Source of the DNA: Oikopleura dioica | Lineage: Eukaryota > Animalia > Chordata | DNA: 64,000 nt | Direction: 5' to 3' | Assembly: GCA_907165135.1 (NCBI GenBank) | Contig: OU015566.1 | Location: forward strand, 10,106,001-10,170,000 | Shown here: piece by piece, positions 59,326 to 64,000 of the stretch | How positions within the stretch are numbered: position 1 is the first letter of the stretch | Layout: every line of letters begins with the position of its first letter | Notes under the pieces: model-generated | Told to the model about the DNA's origin: nothing | The model's input: only the letters and a program-made list of their open reading frames with translations | Databases searched by the model: none | Program-made: the position numbers and the translations under genes

Positions 59326-59825
59326 NNNNNNNNNNNNNNNNNNNNNNNNNNNNNNNNNNNNNNNNNNNNNNNNNNNNNNNNNNNNNNNNNNNNNNNNNNN
59401 NNNNNNNNNNNNNNNNNNNNNNNNNNNNNNNNNNNNNNNNNNNNNNNNNNNNNNNNNNNNNNNNNNNNNNNNNNNNNNNNNNNNNNNNNNNNNNNNNNNN
59501 NNNNNNNNNNNNNNNNNNNNNNNNNNNNNNNNNNNNNNNNNNNNNNNNNNNNNNNNNNNNNNNNNNNNNNNNNNNNNNNNNNNNNNNNNNNNNNNNNNNN
59601 NNNNNNNNNNNNNNNNNNNNNNNNNNNNNNNNNNNNNNNNNNNNNNNNNNNNNNNNNNNNNNNNNNNNNNNNNNNNNNNNNNNNNNNNNNNNNNNNNNNN
59701 NNNNNNNNNNNNNNNNNNNNNNNNNNNNNNNNNNNNNNNNNNNNNNNNNNNNNNNNNNNNNNNNNNNNNNNNNNNNNNNNNNNNNNNNNNNNNNNNNNNN
59801 NNNNNNNNNNNNNNNNNNNNNNNNN
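59326..59825. other. Assembly gap of 500 N
   Basis: Run of n. The round length suggests a placeholder of unknown true size. Confidence 1.
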
Positions 59826-60818
59826 GTTACGCGGTATAATATTGAACGCAATATGGAGGATAACATTGGTACGCATGAAGAGGCAATCAGCTGCTTGGTA
59901 AAGTCCAAAGAAAAGGGCTGCATTATTAGTGGTAAGTATTGGGTTTTGATTTTGAACGAGGTTTAATGGGTTCTAGGATCATGGGATCAAGAAATCACTC
60001 TCTGGGATCCTCGACAACGATCGCGAATCGTGAGCAGACCGCAGAATGAGAGAGTTTATTCTATGGATACAGTCGACAATCAACTTGTTGTCGGAACTGC
60101 GCAACGAAAAATACTCATCTGGGATCTGCGAAATTTGGGTAAAACTTATTCCGTAGACCAGCGTAACGAGGATCTTTAGATATTTGCGAGCAAAAAAGAT
60201 TCGAACTTGAAATATCAAACAAGATGCATCAAATGCTTCCCAAGCGGAATTGGCTTCGTCATGGGTTCCATCGAGGGTCGAGTGGCTGTCGAGTACTTTG
60301 ACGTCGACGCTGAAGTTCAGCGAAAACGGTAGGAGAGACTAGGAGTCCTTGTCTAGGACCTATTCAAAGATATTTGACATTTGCCCAGCTACGCTTTCAA
60401 ATGCCACCGCCAGAAAAACGAAGATATAGAAGAAATATACCCCGTCAATGCTCTAGCCTTCCACCAGAAAGTATGGCGATCGAATTTAAGTCTTCATTCA
60501 TTATTAAAAATTCTAGTACCAAACATTCGCCAGCGGCGGCTCAGATGGATTTGTTTCAACTTGGGATGGATTCAACAAAAACGACTGGCAATTTATCGAC
60601 GCTACCCAACAAGTGTTTCTGCTCTTGCTTTCAGTCCTCAAGGCGACCAGGTACAAACAGATAAGATAAACAACCCTTCAGTCTTTTTCTAGCTCGCCAT
60701 CGGATCCTCCTTCTTGGACGAAATCGACGTCCAAGGCGACCGCTACATTCCAGAACCTCAACTTTTCGTTCGCCAAATGGCCGACGCAGAAATCAAACCC
60801 AAGAACATGTCAACTTAG
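59826..60818 (+). CDS. BUB3: BUB3, partial duplicate copy (5' truncated, two frameshifts)
   Basis: Same sequence as 20242-21238, but AG is lost in the QKRDS codons (about 60196) and A6 becomes A5 in the NKKR codons (about 60577). Confidence 0.8.
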
Positions 60819-60910
60819 GAGAAACTTTAGGCCCTTCTCACTGCCCCTTTTGAAAATAAATAAACTCACATTTTCTTTAATAAATACATTTCTTGTTTAT
60901 TGTAAATAAG

Positions 60911-61398
60911 TCACTTCTGGTCAGATTCCTTTTTCTGAATGGGAGAGCTTCGTCCGCAGGAATAGACGTACAAATCGTAGGGGACCAGTTCGGGCTTTAC
61001 GAAACTCTTCTTTGGCACCGCAAGTTCCTGTATTTTTTATTTATTTGTTACAGGAAAGGGAGTCTTACCTCGATTCTTTTAGACGGGATAGCCTTGAGTG
61101 TCGCGGAAGTAATGGGCTGGAGGGGTTCTTGATTTCCCCATGGAACGATGGGAATTGGGCGGGTGTCGTCTTCCATTTTATCAGACTAAAATATTTCAAT
61201 TTTTCAACATTCATTCTTCGTTACTTTTGGCTGTGAAAGCTCCTCAACTCGAATTCTGCTGTATCCGCACTTCGGTCTCAAGATTGGCTTTCGAAGCATC
61301 GCCGTTTTCATGTCTTCTTTACGCTCCTTTCGCTGCTTTCGGAGCCGAGCTTCATCAGCACCAGCGTAAATTGACTTTCTTGGTTGAGGGTCGGACAT
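60911..61398 (-). CDS. THEG-like protein, duplicate copy with an intact frame
   Basis: G4 restores [31 protein letters not shown]. Confidence 0.62.
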
Positions 61399-61708
61399 AT
61401 TTTACCGTCACGGGCTCCTTTTAAACTGACTTTCTTTTGAGAAAACATCGTTTTTTGCAGATAGTTCTAGAAATTATTAGAATTTGTGAATTTCAAAAGG
61501 CTTCAGCCTGATTCAAATCAGCGTAGAGGATATTTTCATACATAATTTACGTATATTCTTCGTAAATGAAGGAAAATGACCTAAAAGGAAAGTTTTTCCT
61601 TTTATGAAAAAAGGAAAATTTTATGATTACCCCAGCTTACTGCTGAGAAAATGATCATTAGCCAGAGAGAAAATTGATTTTCGCGACTTGAGACTTTAAA
61701 ATTTTTGG

Positions 61709-61758
61709 AAAAGTTTGGAACGCTTCACGATTTTGCGTGTCATCCTTGCGCAGGGGCC

Positions 61759-61790
<32 letters not shown>

Positions 61791-61815
61791 ATATATGTAG
61801 GGCCGAAGCCACTAC
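61709..61815 (-). ncRNA. RNU6: U6 snRNA, duplicate copy
   Basis: Same sequence as 22128-22234. Confidence 0.93.
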
Positions 61816-62368
61816 GTTGTTGCGTCAAGTTTTGCGCGTTTATAAATGAAAGTCGGGCTCGTCCCGGCGCCCCCACCCGTTATGGTTTCTCCTTTTTCGC
61901 CTTGAGCGCTCTCGCTCAAAGAAAAAAAAAATCGATCTTTGCCTGTTTCGAACGTTCCACTACTCAACCCACAAATCTCCATTTTTGACTCATCCTGTGA
62001 CTCTATCTGTCATCCCTTTTTTCGCTTATTAATTATTTCTTTCTGTACATTTTTCTTTAATTTTGATCTTTTATTTTATTTTTGATTTTTGGGAATTTTT
62101 TCCAAGCTTTTTCTTTTCGGCGCAAGGGATTATTCGTCAAATCCTGGAGTGGTGACGCAGCTCAAAAATGAAGCAAATCAATTGTCGCCCGCCTGGGACC
62201 ATTTTTGACTTTTCGGCCCTTTTTCCCTCATTGTTGACACAACATCCAAACATAATTAGATAGACATGTTAATTTTATAAATAATGACAGTTGAACCAGA
62301 AAAAGGCTGGCTGTTCTTTTCAACTTTCTTCAGCTTTTGAACTGACCATTTTTCGTTTTTAGAAGAGA

Positions 62369-63726
62369 ATGCAGCACGACGAATTGATCTGGTCGAATAT
62401 TGGAAACAAAGTAAATTTAAAGATATATGATTCACATGAGAACGTCTCTTTCAGAATTTTTGTGCGTTCAAAGCGTCTGCAAGAACCCAAGGGACGTCCA
62501 AGTTCTGTAGAAATGAATACAATCTTACTGGTAAGCTATTTTAGGGCATTTTTCTAAAGATAAAATGGGCCTTTTTGTTCTTATTCTCCCCCAAATGAAC
62601 CCATACGATATTTTTCGACGAGTGGAATTTCCTTTTTCGACGTATTTTGTCAAAATTCTTGTCGACTTTTTATAGACTTGATCTTTAACTTTATTGTTTT
62701 TCACTCCTCCTGAGCGATTTTTGTTTCTAGGTATCTGCGCCCGACAGACCTGTCCTTTGGCGAACAGCCAGTACGCAACGATCAAGGAAGAGAATGGCGT
62801 CTGCTATCTTTACCAGAAGACGATTGAGGTAATTTTGTTGCGGTGGACCGATTGAACGGGATTCTAGCGCGCCGCGTTTCCAGCCAGATTGTGGGAGAAG
62901 ACCAAATTGAGCCGCAACTACAAAACAGGTACAGACGAACCGACCCCTAACCTCGGCCTTGTTGGACCAGTTATGTATATAATCAATTGTTTCATATTCG
63001 ACCCACATTTATCTGGAAAATTCTAGCGCTCGAGCAAATCGACGAAAAGCTAATCTACTGGCCTTGGTTCTTGCGCCACAAGTGCAAGCAGCGATTCACG
63101 AAAATCTTTCAATACCTGATCCGAATGCGAAAACTGGTGTTGAAGGGAGACAAGGAAATCGTACCGCTAAGTCGGAAACAAGAGAAGAGAGACACGAGGT
63201 TATTGCTGAGCACGATCCTCATTTACAGCTCCCCTTTGGGAGTTTTGACTTTTTATCACACAGATGATTTTCAATTTTTTAAATAAACAATTCAGACGAG
63301 AGAAGAAAGCGCTGGTTGCAGCTCAGCTCGAGACTGCAATCGAAAAGGAACTGCTTGATCGACTGAAGAAAGGAACGTACAACGATATTTACAACTTCAA
63401 CAATGCCAGCTTCGATAAAATATTGAAAGAAGGCGAAGAGAAAGAAGATGAAGACGAGAGCGAGGACGATTCAGACGTCGGCGAGACGACTTTTGTTGAA
63501 GACTTTTCCGACTTTGAAAGTGTTAGTAAATGAGTATTGTTTTCCAACAAACTTAGAATATTTTCCTTACTGTTGAATTCAGGACGAAGAGCAAGATATT
63601 GAAGATTTGGAGCTAGAGCAAGAAACAGAAATCGAAGCACCAGCCAGAAAACGAAAGCATTTGAAGATCATGAAGGAGAAAGAAATCGAATTAGCTGGAC
63701 CAAGCAAGAGAAAACTCAAAAATTGA
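62369..63726 (+). CDS. MAK16: MAK16, duplicate copy
   Basis: Same exons as 22798-24155; the indels I saw fall in introns. Confidence 0.88.
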
Positions 63727-63828
63727 CTGTGAAAAGACTGAAAGATTGTGGACTACTTTTTTGATCATTTAATCATGAACAAGCCATCTTAGAGGAAAAA
63801 ATTGAACGGAAATTTTTATTTAGAAAAA

Positions 63829-64000
63829 ATGGAAAGAAATAACGATGGGATGGAAGTTGTGATGCAGCATCATGAACGACTCGAAATTCCAGAGGGCTTT
63901 TATTTGGAAACGATTTGCCACTCGGATTGGGTGATTCCAGAGCGATATACGGATCTTCAAAACGTCGGATCTGGTGCTTACGGATCAGTCTGCTCTGCGA
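63829..64000 (+). CDS. MAPK14: p38 MAPK exon 1, duplicate copy, truncated by the window edge
   Basis: Same sequence as 24258-24429. Confidence 0.85.
   Translation, partial: MERNNDGMEVVMQHHERLEIPEGFYLETICHSDWVIPERYTDLQNVGSGAYGSVCSA

Larger units (their letters stand above)
59826..64000 (+). repeat. Near-identical direct copy of 20242-24429
   Basis: Offset drifts from 39584 to 39571. The differences I found are small indels in homopolymer or dinucleotide runs. Confidence 0.95.

Noticed and set aside
46099-59901. Many plus-strand and alternative-frame ORFs over the EGF array
   Set aside because: They are antisense or shifted-frame shadows of a Cys-rich repetitive coding exon, with no independent gene signals.
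59204-59923. Long ORFs spanning the N run, including the start of ORF 56694-59876
   Set aside because: They are artefacts of translating through the assembly gap.

Overview
Gene-dense eukaryotic (chordate) DNA. Most introns are about 36-70 nt, several have GA-AG or GC-AG ends, and many genes have an AG acceptor a few bases before the ATG. This style is best known from the larvacean tunicate Oikopleura (inference, no search run). In order, the window holds: a TTI1-like gene (partial), a small orphan gene, kinesin-14, a secreted orphan, tRNA-Val(CAC), a NERD-like gene, CPPED1, DNAJA, SERCA, DHX33, BUB3, a THEG-like gene, U6 snRNA, MAK16, p38 MAPK, a divergent p38 paralogue with an SGY activation loop, DLG, a classical cadherin, a Pro-rich orphan, a GAL3ST-like sulfotransferase, and a giant EGF-array gene. 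A 500-N gap follows, then a near-identical copy of 20242-24429 that is probably an assembly artefact. The strongest leads are mutually exclusive transmembrane exons in the cadherin, the SGY kinase, an apparent exon of at least 13 kb with about 90 EGF modules, a same-strand ATTGCAC cluster inside a GA-AG intron, and a possible alternative p38 C-terminus. All exon models were spliced by eye and need transcript support.
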